This document shows, in pieces, positions 1 to 7,433 of a DNA stretch of 32,832 nucleotides. The DNA is taken from UHGV virus genome UHGV-0377831, one strand, 5' to 3'. Below the pieces are notes generated by a model. That model was not told the DNA's origin. It saw only the letters and a list, made by a program, of their open reading frames with translations, and did no database searches. Source of the stretch: a virus. The position numbers and the translations under genes are program-made. The stretch's first letter is position 1. The number at the start of each line of letters is the position of its first letter.

Positions 1-16
1 CAAGGAGAAGCAGGCT

Positions 17-172
17 ATGAAGCAGCAAAAGGCGATGTTAATCGCCCTGATCGTCATCTGTTTAACCGTCATAGTGACGGCACTGGTAACGAGGAAAGAC
101 CTCTGCGAGGTACGAATCCGAACCGGCCAGACGGAGGTCGCTGTCTTCACAGCTTACGAACCTGAGGAGTAA
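17..172 (+). CDS. hok: Hok/Gef family type I toxin (51 aa small membrane peptide)
   Basis: ATG at 17 preceded by AAGGAG; translation MKQQKAMLIALIVICLTVIVTALVTRKDLCEVRIRTGQTEVAVFTAYEPEE matches the Hok/RelF family as I recall it. Too short to appear in the ORF track. The cognate mok and sok elements would lie mostly upstream of the window. Confidence 0.88.
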   Translation: MKQQKAMLIALIVICLTVIVTALVTRKDLCEVRIRTGQTEVAVFTAYEPEE

Positions 173-240
173 GAGACCTGGCGGGGGAGAAATCCCTCGC
201 CACCTCTGATGTGTCAGGCATCCTCAACGCACCCGCACTT

Positions 241-267
241 AACCCGCTTCGGCGGGTTTTGTTTTTT
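241..267 (+). terminator. Rho-independent terminator downstream of hok
   Basis: Hairpin AACCCGC-TTCG-GCGGGTT followed by a T-rich run (TTGTTTTTT). Confidence 0.6.
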
Positions 268-339
268 CCTGGCATTCTGGTTTACAATTCGCACGTCAGC
301 CTGAACACCTGACACCTGCTGCGCCAGCAGAGAAAACAG

Positions 340-612
340 ATGGCGCACAAAACCAAATTTCACAATTCTGATACCGACCTTGCCATCCGGCATGAGCGGC
401 GTTCACACGCATTTAAAACCGACTGGTACCAACACCCACCATGTACTGAAGAACAGGCCGAATGGCTGATTCATTCTTACCGCAGGCGCGGGTTCGAGGT
501 TAAGAAAGCTCTCAGTCTCGACTATCGGCACTGGATAATCTCTGTCAGGCTGCCTTATTCCGAACGCCCACCACGTCCGTCCCGCACTTTCCAGCAACGG
601 ATCTGGAGGTAA
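340..612 (+). CDS. Hypothetical 90-aa nin-region protein
   Basis: ORF with ATG start and a weak RBS; its stop is 1 nt before the GTG start of the next gene, suggesting translational coupling. Product not recognised; by position it corresponds to the small gene between hokD and ydfU in the E. coli Qin prophage. Confidence 0.5.
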   Translation: MAHKTKFHNSDTDLAIRHERRSHAFKTDWYQHPPCTEEQAEWLIHSYRRRGFEVKKALSLDYRHWIISVRLPYSERPPRPSRTFQQRIWR

Positions 613-613
613 C

Positions 614-1672
614 GTGCGGGTATTACTTAGACCTGTTCTGGTGCCTGAGCTTAGGCTGGTGGTCCTTAAGCCGGGCCGTGAATCCATACAGATATTTCAT
701 AATCCTCGAGTGCTGGTGGAGCCGGAACCGAAAAGCATGTGCGGCCTGCCATCCGGAGTCGTCCCTGCCGTTCGCCAGCCGCTGGCGGAGGATAAATCAT
801 TACTGCCATTTTTCAGCAATGAGCGTGTGATTCGTGCTGCTGGCGGCGCTGGTGCACTGTCTGACTGGCTGTTGCGCCATATTAAATCCTGCCAGTGGCC
901 ACACGGTGATTATCACCACAGTGAAACCGTCATTCACCGTTATGGTACCGGCGCAATGGTGTTGTGCTGGCACTGCGACAACCAGTTGTGTGACCAGACC
1001 TCAGAATCACTTGAGCAACTTGCTCACCAAAACTTGTCAGCATGGATGATTGACGTCATCCGTCACGCAATCAGCGGTACGCAGGAGAGGGAGTTATCGC
1101 TGGCCGAATTATCCTGGTGGGCGGTCTGCAATCAGGTGGCTGATGCGCTTCCGGAGTCTGTATTGTGTCGTTCACTGGGATTACCGGTGGAAAAAATCCG
1201 CTCCGTATACCGTGAGAGTGACATCGTACCGGGAGAACAGACTGCCACCAGCATACTGAAGCAGCGCACAAAAAATATTGCGCTGCCACTTCACGTCCAC
1301 CAGCAACAGCCCCCACTCCAGGAAAAGACGTTAGTAAGCATCGCCGTTGATCCGGAGTCTCCGGCTCAGTATCTCCAGCGCCAGAAACCACAACGGGAAG
1401 AGATGCCTGTATACACGCGCTGGGTAAAAACGCAGAAATGCATGACGTGCGGTAATCAGGCAGATGATCCGCATCACATCATTGGTCATGGCCTGGGAGG
1501 TATGGGAACAAAGGCTGATGATTTGTTTGTTATTCCGCTGTGCCGTAAATGTCATAACGAACTGCACGCCGGGGTAAAAGATTTTGAAGAAAAACACGGC
1601 AGCCAGCTGTTGTTGCTGATTCGTTTTTTAATGCACGCGAGAAATTCGGGTGTCCTGAAGTGGAAAGCATGA
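614..1672 (+). CDS. DUF968-like phage protein (YdfU-like) with a C-terminal Cys/His HNH-like motif
   Basis: 352-aa ORF; GTG start at 614 preceded by GGAGG; C-terminal motif CMTCGNQADDPHHIIGHGLGGMGTKADDLFVIPLCRKCHNELH. Length and context match YdfU-family proteins of lambdoid prophages (from memory). Confidence 0.7.
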   Translation: MRVLLRPVLVPELRLVVLKPGRESIQIFHNPRVLVEPEPKSMCGLPSGVVPAVRQPLAEDKSLLPFFSNERVIRAAGGAGALSDWLLRHIKSCQWPHGDYHHSETVIHRYGTGAMVLCWHCDNQLCDQTSESLEQLAHQNLSAWMIDVIRHAISGTQERELSLAELSWWAVCNQVADALPESVLCRSLGLPVEKIRSVYRESDIVPGEQTATSILKQRTKNIALPLHVHQQQPPLQEKTLVSIAVDPESPAQYLQRQKPQREEMPVYTRWVKTQKCMTCGNQADDPHHIIGHGLGGMGTKADDLFVIPLCRKCHNELHAGVKDFEEKHGSQLLLLIRFLMHARNSGVLKWKA

Positions 1673-2035
1673 ATGACTGAACGCATAGAATTTGTTTTGC
1701 CTTACCCGCCGACGGTGAATACCTACTGGCGACGTCATGGCAATACGTATTTCATCTCGGAGGCCGGAAAGCGTTATCGCCGTGATGTGGCGCTAATTGT
1801 TCGCCAGCAGCGGCTGAAATTAAACCTGTCCGGAAGGCTGGCGATAAAGGTGATTGCAGAGCCACCGGATAAGCGTCGTCGCGACCTGGACAATATCCTG
1901 AAAGCACCGCTGGATGCGCTGACGCATGCGGGAGTGTTAATGGACGATGAGCAGTTTGATGAAATCAATATCGTTCGTGGTCAGCCAGTATCTGGTGGAC
2001 GTCTGGGGGTGAAGATTTACCCCATAATGCATTAA
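1673..2035 (+). CDS. rusA: Holliday junction resolvase RusA
   Basis: 120-aa protein with LPYPPTVNTYWRRHG and RRRDLDN motifs, closely resembling E. coli RusA; ATG immediately follows the stop of the upstream gene. Confidence 0.92.
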   Translation: MTERIEFVLPYPPTVNTYWRRHGNTYFISEAGKRYRRDVALIVRQQRLKLNLSGRLAIKVIAEPPDKRRRDLDNILKAPLDALTHAGVLMDDEQFDEINIVRGQPVSGGRLGVKIYPIMH

Positions 2036-2049
2036 GAGCAGGTCAAAAA

Positions 2050-2871
2050 ATGAAACTGGAAGATTTACCGAAATACTACTCCCCAAAATCCCCTGGCCTG
2101 ACCGATGCATCGGCCTCAACGTCAAAAGATGCGCTGAGTATCACTGATGTGATGGCCGCGCAGGGCATGACACAGAATCGGGCTGAGATGGGTTTTTCTG
2201 CGTTCCTGGGGAAAATGGGCATCAGTATGAATGACAGGGCGCGGGCAACAGAATTACTGGCAGATTATGCACTCAGTCGGTGCGATCGTGTGGCGGCGTT
2301 GAGAAAACTTCCGGCAGAAATAAAACCGGTAGTGATGCGCATTATGGCTTCGTACGCTTTTGAGGATTATGCCCGCAGCGCAGCGAGTAAAAAGCAGTGC
2401 CCTTGTTGCTATGGGGAAAAATTTATTGAAAGCGTAGTTTTTACAAACAAGGTCCAGTATCCGGATGGTAAGCCGCCGGTATGGGCAAAGTGTACGAAAG
2501 GTGTGTATTCGTCTTACTGGGAAGAATGGAAAAAAGTCAGGGAGGTGGTAAAAGTTGCCTGTCCGGAGTGTGGCGGAAAGGGTGAGGTTTCCACCGCCTG
2601 TAAGGATTGCCGTGGGCGTGGTGTCGCCATTCATCGTGAAGAGTCGGTAAAACGTGGTATGCCTGTTATCAGAGACTGCCAGCGTTGTGGTGGTCGTGGC
2701 TATGAAAGACTACCATCAACGGAGGCATTTAATGCTATATGCGAGGTGACAAACCAGATAACACGCGCGTCATGGGAAAAAACAGTTAAGAAATTCTATG
2801 ATGCGCTGGTGACCCGGTTTGATATTGAAGAAGCATGGGCTGAGCGGCAGTTAAAAAAGGTAACTAGGTAA
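2050..2871 (+). CDS. Q: Late gene antiterminator Q (non-lambda Q family with CxxC zinc-finger motifs)
   Basis: 273-aa ORF directly upstream of a promoter/terminator pair and the lysis genes; contains CPCC, CPEC, CKDC and CQRC motifs; position is the canonical Q slot after rusA. Confidence 0.82.
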   Translation: MKLEDLPKYYSPKSPGLTDASASTSKDALSITDVMAAQGMTQNRAEMGFSAFLGKMGISMNDRARATELLADYALSRCDRVAALRKLPAEIKPVVMRIMASYAFEDYARSAASKKQCPCCYGEKFIESVVFTNKVQYPDGKPPVWAKCTKGVYSSYWEEWKKVREVVKVACPECGGKGEVSTACKDCRGRGVAIHREESVKRGMPVIRDCQRCGGRGYERLPSTEAFNAICEVTNQITRASWEKTVKKFYDALVTRFDIEEAWAERQLKKVTR

Positions 2872-2876
2872 CAAGG

Positions 2877-2904
2877 TTGATTTTTCCGGAATCTGTGGTA
2901 AATT
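2877..2904 (+). promoter_or_regulatory. Candidate late promoter PR' (with the Q-utilisation region expected here)
   Basis: TTGATT at 2877-2882, a 16-nt spacer, then TAAATT at 2899-2904, immediately downstream of Q and upstream of a terminator, as for lambda PR'/tR'. The transcription start is not determined. Confidence 0.4.
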
Positions 2905-2952
2905 CGTCATAACAATGGGCTTTTTATGCCTGACGTTAGAAGAGTTTCTACA

Positions 2953-2978
2953 ACCCGCCGCCGAGCGGGTTTTTTATT
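2953..2978 (+). terminator. Rho-independent terminator (tR'-like) downstream of the late promoter
   Basis: GC-rich hairpin CCCGC...GCGGG followed by TTTTTTATT. Confidence 0.6.
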
Positions 2979-3014
2979 GCGGAATTAATTACGGACCGTT
3001 ATTATTCTGCTCCC

Positions 3015-3090
3015 GGCCCTTTAGCTCAGTGGTGAGAGCGAGCGACTCATAATCGCCAGGTCGCTGGTTCAAATCCAGCAAGGGCCACCA
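3015..3090 (+). tRNA. tRNA with anticodon CAU, most similar to tRNA-Ile2 (ileX/ileZ type); tRNA-Met not excluded
   Basis: Cloverleaf: acceptor GGCCCTT/AAGGGCC, D-stem GCTC/GAGC, anticodon loop CTCATAA, T-loop TTCAAAT, encoded CCA. Near-identical to E. coli ileX as I recall it. Confidence 0.88.
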
Positions 3091-3097
3091 TCACATA

Positions 3098-3174
3098 CCG
3101 CCATTAGCTCATCAGGAAAGAGCGCCAGCCTTCGAAGCTGGCTGCGCGGGGTTCAAGTCCCCGATGGCGGTCCA
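3098..3174 (+). tRNA. tRNA-Arg (anticodon UCG)
   Basis: Acceptor CCGCCAT/ATGGCGG, anticodon stem CCAGC/GCTGG with loop CTTCGAA, T-arm CGGGG-TTCAAGT-CCCCG, encoded CCA. Confidence 0.85.
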
Positions 3175-3187
3175 TTATCTGCATCAT

Positions 3188-3264
3188 GCGTTGTTAGCTC
3201 AGCCGGACAGAGCAATTGCCTTCTAAGCAATCGGTCACTGGTTCGAATCCAGTACAGCGCGCCA
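3188..3264 (+). tRNA. tRNA-Arg (anticodon UCU, decodes rare AGA/AGG)
   Basis: Acceptor GCGTTGT/ACAGCGC, anticodon stem ATTGC/GCAAT with loop CTTCTAA, T-arm ACTGG-TTCGAAT-CCAGT, encoded CCA. Same Ile/Arg/Arg tRNA trio and position as in Stx-type lambdoid phages. Confidence 0.88.
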
Positions 3265-3371
3265 TATTCATTCTTCCAGATTCCTTTCGGCAGAGCCTTA
3301 TACTGAAATATACCTGGCTCAGGATATTGTTGAAAATATTATATGTTTGTCAAAAATAAAAGTTCTGTTAA

Positions 3372-3728
3372 GTGTTGATTGAGTGTTTGTTATACGGTCT
3401 AATGGTTTTTTCAGCATTAAATATTTATCATTCATATGGTGTGGGTAGAGTGAATATTGATGACGCGTCGGGGTGTTTCATCCTTAGGCAGCGTATTGAT
3501 ATAGTCAATGCAGAACGAGCAAAGGCCTTCAGCCGTTTGACAGTTTTGTTCTGTACTCCTGATCGTCTTTCGGGAAGAGACGTTATTATTCTGAATAGTG
3601 ATGCTATACAGAGGGTTTGCGATGAGTTCATGGTGGCTAATTCAGAATTATTTGCTCTTGTTCAGGAGTACAACAGAATAGCCAGGACCTGTGGTATGGA
3701 TGAACTTCGGATTACTCATCTGGGGTAG
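3372..3728 (+). CDS. Hypothetical protein (cargo ORF downstream of the tRNAs)
   Basis: 118-aa ORF from a GTG (an ATG at 3402 would give 108 aa) in a lower-GC segment; no recognisable domain. Occupies the slot where Stx phages carry stx. Confidence 0.4.
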   Translation: MLIECLLYGLMVFSALNIYHSYGVGRVNIDDASGCFILRQRIDIVNAERAKAFSRLTVLFCTPDRLSGRDVIILNSDAIQRVCDEFMVANSELFALVQEYNRIARTCGMDELRITHLG

Positions 3729-3808
3729 ATACATATCTGGATTATCACCGGTTACGGTAAAAAGTGATTGCTTACTGTTTTTGTGAATGGCATTGCAGCA
3801 GCCGGATA

Positions 3809-3895
3809 ATGTCAGTGCTGGCTGACGGTGTGCTGGTGGCGGGTGTGGTGGTTGCTGCTTTCCCGTTGCTGAAAAAGAAAACGCCAGACTGTTAG
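3809..3895 (+). CDS. Possible 28-aa hydrophobic peptide (MSVLADGVLVAGVVVAAFPLLKKKTPDC)
   Basis: ATG-initiated short ORF encoding one hydrophobic helix with a KKK tail, resembling small membrane toxin peptides. No clear RBS; could be spurious. Confidence 0.2.
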   Translation: MSVLADGVLVAGVVVAAFPLLKKKTPDC

Positions 3896-4120
3896 CCGGG
3901 TATCAGTTAGCGGGAGAAATTTTTAAATACTTCACAATTCAGGCGGTTGACTGTTGTCTGGTTTGCGGGGAGTTTGTTAAAAGAAACTGGCATGGTGAAT
4001 CCCCCTGTGCGGAGGGGCAATCAGCGAGTAGGTATATGGGATAATCGCGGATTCAGGTGCTGGTACTGAATTCACCGGGAGGCACCCGGCACCATGCAAT
4101 GGCACATAGCGCCACTCTCC

Positions 4121-4150
4121 AGCCCCTCTCCGGAGGGGCTGTTTATATTG
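4121..4150 (+). terminator. Strong hairpin with T-rich tail (rho-independent terminator-like)
   Basis: Perfect 8-bp stem AGCCCCTC/GAGGGGCT with loop TCCG, followed by GTTTATATTGATTTTG. A related weaker hairpin (CCCCT...AGGGG) lies at 4002-4017. Confidence 0.55.
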
Positions 4151-4175
4151 ATTTTGTCAGATGTGAGTAAACTCC

Positions 4176-4511
4176 TTATGGACTTTGTTGTTTTAGCCCA
4201 TAAGGACATATTTGCAGAGTGCAACGGTTATTAAAGCATTCATTCAATACGTTATCTGTATTTGTAGGGCATTCCTGGCTGTTTTTGATTAAATTCCAGA
4301 ATGTTTTATTGAATGGTACTACGTTGTAAATGGTTACAGGTAGCACTTTGTTATTGAGCATGATACCTGTGTGAGTCAGTGTAAATATACTTTCAGGAGG
4401 TAAGAAAGCATCCGATTGATACCAGATTATTAATTTTATTTTACTCCATATGACTGAAAAAGATATTCCGCATGATGGCTGGATAACTGTATCAATCACA
4501 ATCCACTTCAT
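4176..4511 (-). CDS. Hypothetical protein, AT-rich cargo gene on the opposite strand to the late operon
   Basis: 111-aa ORF with ATG start and an AAGGAAA RBS about 6 nt upstream on the minus strand; markedly lower GC than the flanks; product not recognised. Confidence 0.5.
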   Translation of the reverse strand: MKWIVIDTVIQPSCGISFSVIWSKIKLIIWYQSDAFLPPESIFTLTHTGIMLNNKVLPVTIYNVVPFNKTFWNLIKNSQECPTNTDNVLNECFNNRCTLQICPYGLKQQSP

Positions 4512-4771
4512 TTAGTTTCCTTGTTTATGCCTTGCTGGTGATGTTCTGAAAAGTATAAATGATATTTTTGATTGTAAACCATAGAGCAGAATTATTTTTC
4601 TGATGTTGTTTATTGTTTATTTAAATGCAGGGTGGTTTATATCTCGTCTTGTAGTTTATCCATGCATATCTGCTTGATGATGAAGTTTTTAATTAAGGTA
4701 TGGTTTTGTGTTTTTTCTGTATTACATGTCAGGTATTTTAAAGAATCATTTTTCAGATGGTGGAAAGAACC

Positions 4772-4960
4772 ATGGCATTTAAACACTATGATGTTGTCAG
4801 GGCGGCGTCGCCGTCAGATCTTGCGGAAAAGCTGACACATAAACTGAAAGAGGGCTGGCAGCCGTTTGGTAGTCCGGTGGCCATAACCCCTTATACCCTG
4901 ATGCAGGCGATTGCAGCAGAAGGTGATGTGGTGGTCAGTGGTGCAACTGAGCCGGAGTGA
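4772..4960 (+). CDS. Small DUF1737-like phage protein
   Basis: 62-aa product MAFKHYDVVRAASPSDLAEKLTHKLKEGWQPFG... resembles the DUF1737 domain found alone or at the N-terminus of NanS-p esterases next to the lysis genes of Stx-type prophages (from memory). An alternative ATG lies at 4757. Confidence 0.6.
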   Translation: MAFKHYDVVRAASPSDLAEKLTHKLKEGWQPFGSPVAITPYTLMQAIAAEGDVVVSGATEPE

Positions 4961-5118
4961 TACTACGTCATCGTACTGGCCCGGCATTCCAGGCCATAAA
5001 AGACGGTCTGGCAGTGGGACTAAATGCACTGACGCTGACGGATATTACCAAAAATGCAACGTATGGCGTTGAGATGGAAAGTCTGGTGCTGGAGATAAAT
5101 GCACCGGCATCATCATAA
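4957..5118 (+). CDS. Possible small ORF (53 aa, GTG start) between the DUF1737-like gene and the holin
   Basis: Open frame ending at TAA 5116-5118; no ATG start and no clear RBS; may be a remnant or a small late-region ORF. Confidence 0.2.
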   Translation: MILRHRTGPAFQAIKDGLAVGLNALTLTDITKNATYGVEMESLVLEINAPASS

Positions 5119-5267
5119 AAAGTGAGCCAGTCAAATGGAAGGTATCGTTAAACTCACCGGTAGTGTCAGTGGGTCGTCTGAGACGCCTGCATGAGTTATC
5201 AGAGCCATCAGTACTTAACTGGTGGCTTTTTTATTGTTGTCAGCTTCCGGATAACGGGAGACGGGGT

Positions 5268-5483
5268 ATGTACCAGATGGAAAAAATCACAACAGGTGTG
5301 TCATACACCACGTCAGCGGTGGGAACGGGCTACTGGTTCCTGCAGTTGCTGGACAGGGTTTCCCCGTCTCAGTGGGCGGCAATAGGCGTGCTGGGGAGTC
5401 TGCTGTTTGGGCTGCTGACATATCTGACTAACCTGTATTTCAAAATCAAAGAGGACCGGCGTAAGGCGGCGCGGGGAGAGTAA
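5268..5483 (+). CDS. S: Class II holin (pinholin), phage 21 S type, with dual-start motif
   Basis: [71 protein letters not shown] matches S21/Stx-phage holins; two Met codons (M1, M4) typical of holin/antiholin dual starts. The upstream extension in the ORF track (5163-5267) is probably not translated. Confidence 0.9.
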   Translation: MYQMEKITTGVSYTTSAVGTGYWFLQLLDRVSPSQWAAIGVLGSLLFGLLTYLTNLYFKIKEDRRKAARGE

Positions 5484-5487
5484 AGTG

Positions 5488-6378
5488 ATGAATAAAAAAT
5501 ATGAACTGGTTGTTAAGGGGATAAATAATTACGGGGATAAGGTTACTGTTACTGTGAAGCCGGAAGGTGACGGGCAAGCGTCGCTGTTGTTGCCAGATGT
5601 GGCGATTAGTCTTGACCGTACTGAAGGTGCCACGCTGGAGTTTTACGAAGCTGAGGCGAAAAAGCAGGCGAAGCAGTTTTTCATGGATGTTGCTGCCGGG
5701 TTATGTGAAGGGGATGGTCCGTTGCCGGAAAAGCGCCCCGTAATTTTAGAGGCGCAGGATGTGTTGATAACCTACAAAGGAAAGCTACCGGGAAGAATTA
5801 CTTGTTCTCTGAAGATGCCGCCGTCAACACTGCGGTCAGAAAAAGATGATGTTGAATCACGTATTGAAAAACTGGAGAGCTACGTCGTTGAGCTGAATAA
5901 GAAATGGTCGATATTGGTGCCTTCTGGCGATGAAAAGCAGTTTGCTGCGTTTGACGATTATTGTCGGAAAGTGATGAGCAGAAATCTCGCAGAGTGTTTC
6001 AGTATTCATAATGATAATTTCAGTGACCCGGAATGGGAGTGTAACCGGCCATCCTTTGTTGTATCCGGTGATGCTGGGAAAATAACCATCTCAGAAAATG
6101 GGAAAGTAACACCTCCATCGCACCAGCACAGTGAGGAGCTCATTGAATTTGCCATTGATTACCTGAAGAACAATAAAAAGCAGGGGCTGATGAAGCGCGT
6201 TGGCCGTTGCATGGGATATCTGCAGGTAGCTGCTGAGATTGAAGCGCTGGCCAGTGGTGCTGATAAGGATGCAATTGTGCGGGAGGCTCTTCTTCGTGAT
6301 TTTAATACTCCACCCTTTAAAAAAGTGCCGGCTTACTGGCTTCATCCGGGGCTGACTTATCTTAAAGTGCGTATTTAG
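5488..6378 (+). CDS. Hypothetical 296-aa soluble protein inserted between holin and endolysin
   Basis: ATG at 5488 (GTG at 5485) with a GGGGAGAG RBS 8 nt upstream; starts 4 nt after the holin stop; no signal peptide, transmembrane segment or recognisable catalytic motif; AT-rich 5' end. Confidence 0.7.
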   Translation: MNKKYELVVKGINNYGDKVTVTVKPEGDGQASLLLPDVAISLDRTEGATLEFYEAEAKKQAKQFFMDVAAGLCEGDGPLPEKRPVILEAQDVLITYKGKLPGRITCSLKMPPSTLRSEKDDVESRIEKLESYVVELNKKWSILVPSGDEKQFAAFDDYCRKVMSRNLAECFSIHNDNFSDPEWECNRPSFVVSGDAGKITISENGKVTPPSHQHSEELIEFAIDYLKNNKKQGLMKRVGRCMGYLQVAAEIEALASGADKDAIVREALLRDFNTPPFKKVPAYWLHPGLTYLKVRI

Positions 6379-6414
6379 TGGGCCAGGGACAGCGGCTGAA
6401 TATTTAATATATCC

Positions 6415-6948
6415 ATGAACACCAAAATCAAATACGGCCTGTCGGCTGCCGTTCTGGCGCTGATTGCCGCTGGTGCGCCTGCGCCTGACATTCTCGACCA
6501 GTTTCTGGATGAAAAGGAAGGCAAGCACACCACAGCATACCGTGATGGTGCAGGTATCTGGACCATCTGCCGTGGTGCCATCATGGTGGATGGCAAACCT
6601 GTCGTTCCGGGCATGAAGTTGTCGAAGGAAAAATGCGACCAGGTTAACGCCATTGAGCGTGATAAAGCGCTGGCGTGGGTGGAGAAAAACATCAGAGTGC
6701 CGCTGACCGAACCCCAGAAAGCGGGGATCGCGTCATTCTGTCCGTACAACATTGGTCCCGGTAAGTGTTTCCCGTCGACGTTTTACAGACGAATTAATGC
6801 TGGTGATCGAAAAGGTGCCTGCGAAGCGATTCGCTGGTGGATTAAGGACGGTGGCAGAGACTGCCGTATTCGTTCAAACAACTGTTACGGTCAGGTATCC
6901 CGTCGTGACCAGGAGAGCGCGCTGGCGTGCTGGGGTATCGACAGATAA
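6415..6948 (+). CDS. R: SAR endolysin (phage lysozyme, RrrQ/YdfQ-like)
   Basis: 177-aa protein with an N-terminal signal-anchor-release segment (GLSAAVLALIAAGAPAP) and the lysozyme motif EGKHTTAYRDGAGIWTICRG; closely resembles the E. coli Qin prophage lysozyme as I recall it. Confidence 0.92.
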   Translation: MNTKIKYGLSAAVLALIAAGAPAPDILDQFLDEKEGKHTTAYRDGAGIWTICRGAIMVDGKPVVPGMKLSKEKCDQVNAIERDKALAWVEKNIRVPLTEPQKAGIASFCPYNIGPGKCFPSTFYRRINAGDRKGACEAIRWWIKDGGRDCRIRSNNCYGQVSRRDQESALACWGIDR

Positions 6949-7104
6949 GCAGAATATTTTGCTGAAAAATGAGGAATGGCCACGCGGGCGGATAACACGA
7001 AATCCTGCGAACTGGCGAAACGTAAGTGAATAAAAGTAAAAACCCCGTTTGTTGGCACCAAGCGAGGTTTTGTGTTTCTGACCTTGAGTAAGGCAAGGGA
7101 GAAC

Positions 7105-7287
7105 ATGGCGAAGTGTAAACGAATTCTGTTGAGGTTGACTATGAAAAATGGCCTTGAACTGAAAGCGCCTGTAACTGATGACATCAGCAGAGCACTGGCT
7201 TTTGCCATTAAGTGGGTGGCGGTCGGTGTTGCTGTGTCCCCGATGCTGTATGGGCTGGCAAAACTGGTCATTGCGTTGAAATCGTGA
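7105..7287 (+). CDS. Small hypothetical membrane protein (60 aa)
   Basis: ATG with an AAGGGAG RBS; hydrophobic segment [27 protein letters not shown]. The ORF track starts it at an upstream GTG (7072). Confidence 0.45.
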   Translation: MAKCKRILLRLTMKNGLELKAPVTDDISRALAFAIKWVAVGVAVSPMLYGLAKLVIALKS

Positions 7288-7301
7288 AGGGAGGATTAAG
7301 C

Positions 7302-7433
7302 ATGTCAGACAAACTCATAACGCTGGCGAAGATCCTCTGTGTAATTGTCGGCATTTCATTTTCACTAATGCTGGTTGCTCTTTTTCTTTCCATGGCCTGG
7401 ATGATGTTGTCTTCGTCGGGGTTGCTGGGGTGA
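7302..7433 (+). CDS. Small hypothetical single-pass membrane protein (43 aa)
   Basis: ATG at 7302 with a strong GAAGGGAGG RBS; product [43 protein letters not shown]; its stop overlaps the Rz start. Confidence 0.5.
   Translation: MSDKLITLAKILCVIVGISFSLMLVALFLSMAWMMLSSSGLLG

Noticed and set aside
3265-4960. Shiga toxin genes (stxA/stxB) at the locus downstream of the tRNAs
   Set aside because: Looked for because the Q-tRNA architecture matches Stx phages, but no A-subunit-sized ORF followed by a small B-subunit ORF with signal peptides is present.
5163-5267. N-terminal extension of the holin ORF (track start at 5163)
   Set aside because: Holins of this family are about 71 aa starting at MYQMEK; the upstream extension is an open frame without homology.
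6752-7033. 93-aa plus-strand ORF overlapping the 3' end of the endolysin gene
   Set aside because: Out-of-frame overlap with the conserved lysozyme C-terminus; Arg-rich low-complexity product and no RBS.
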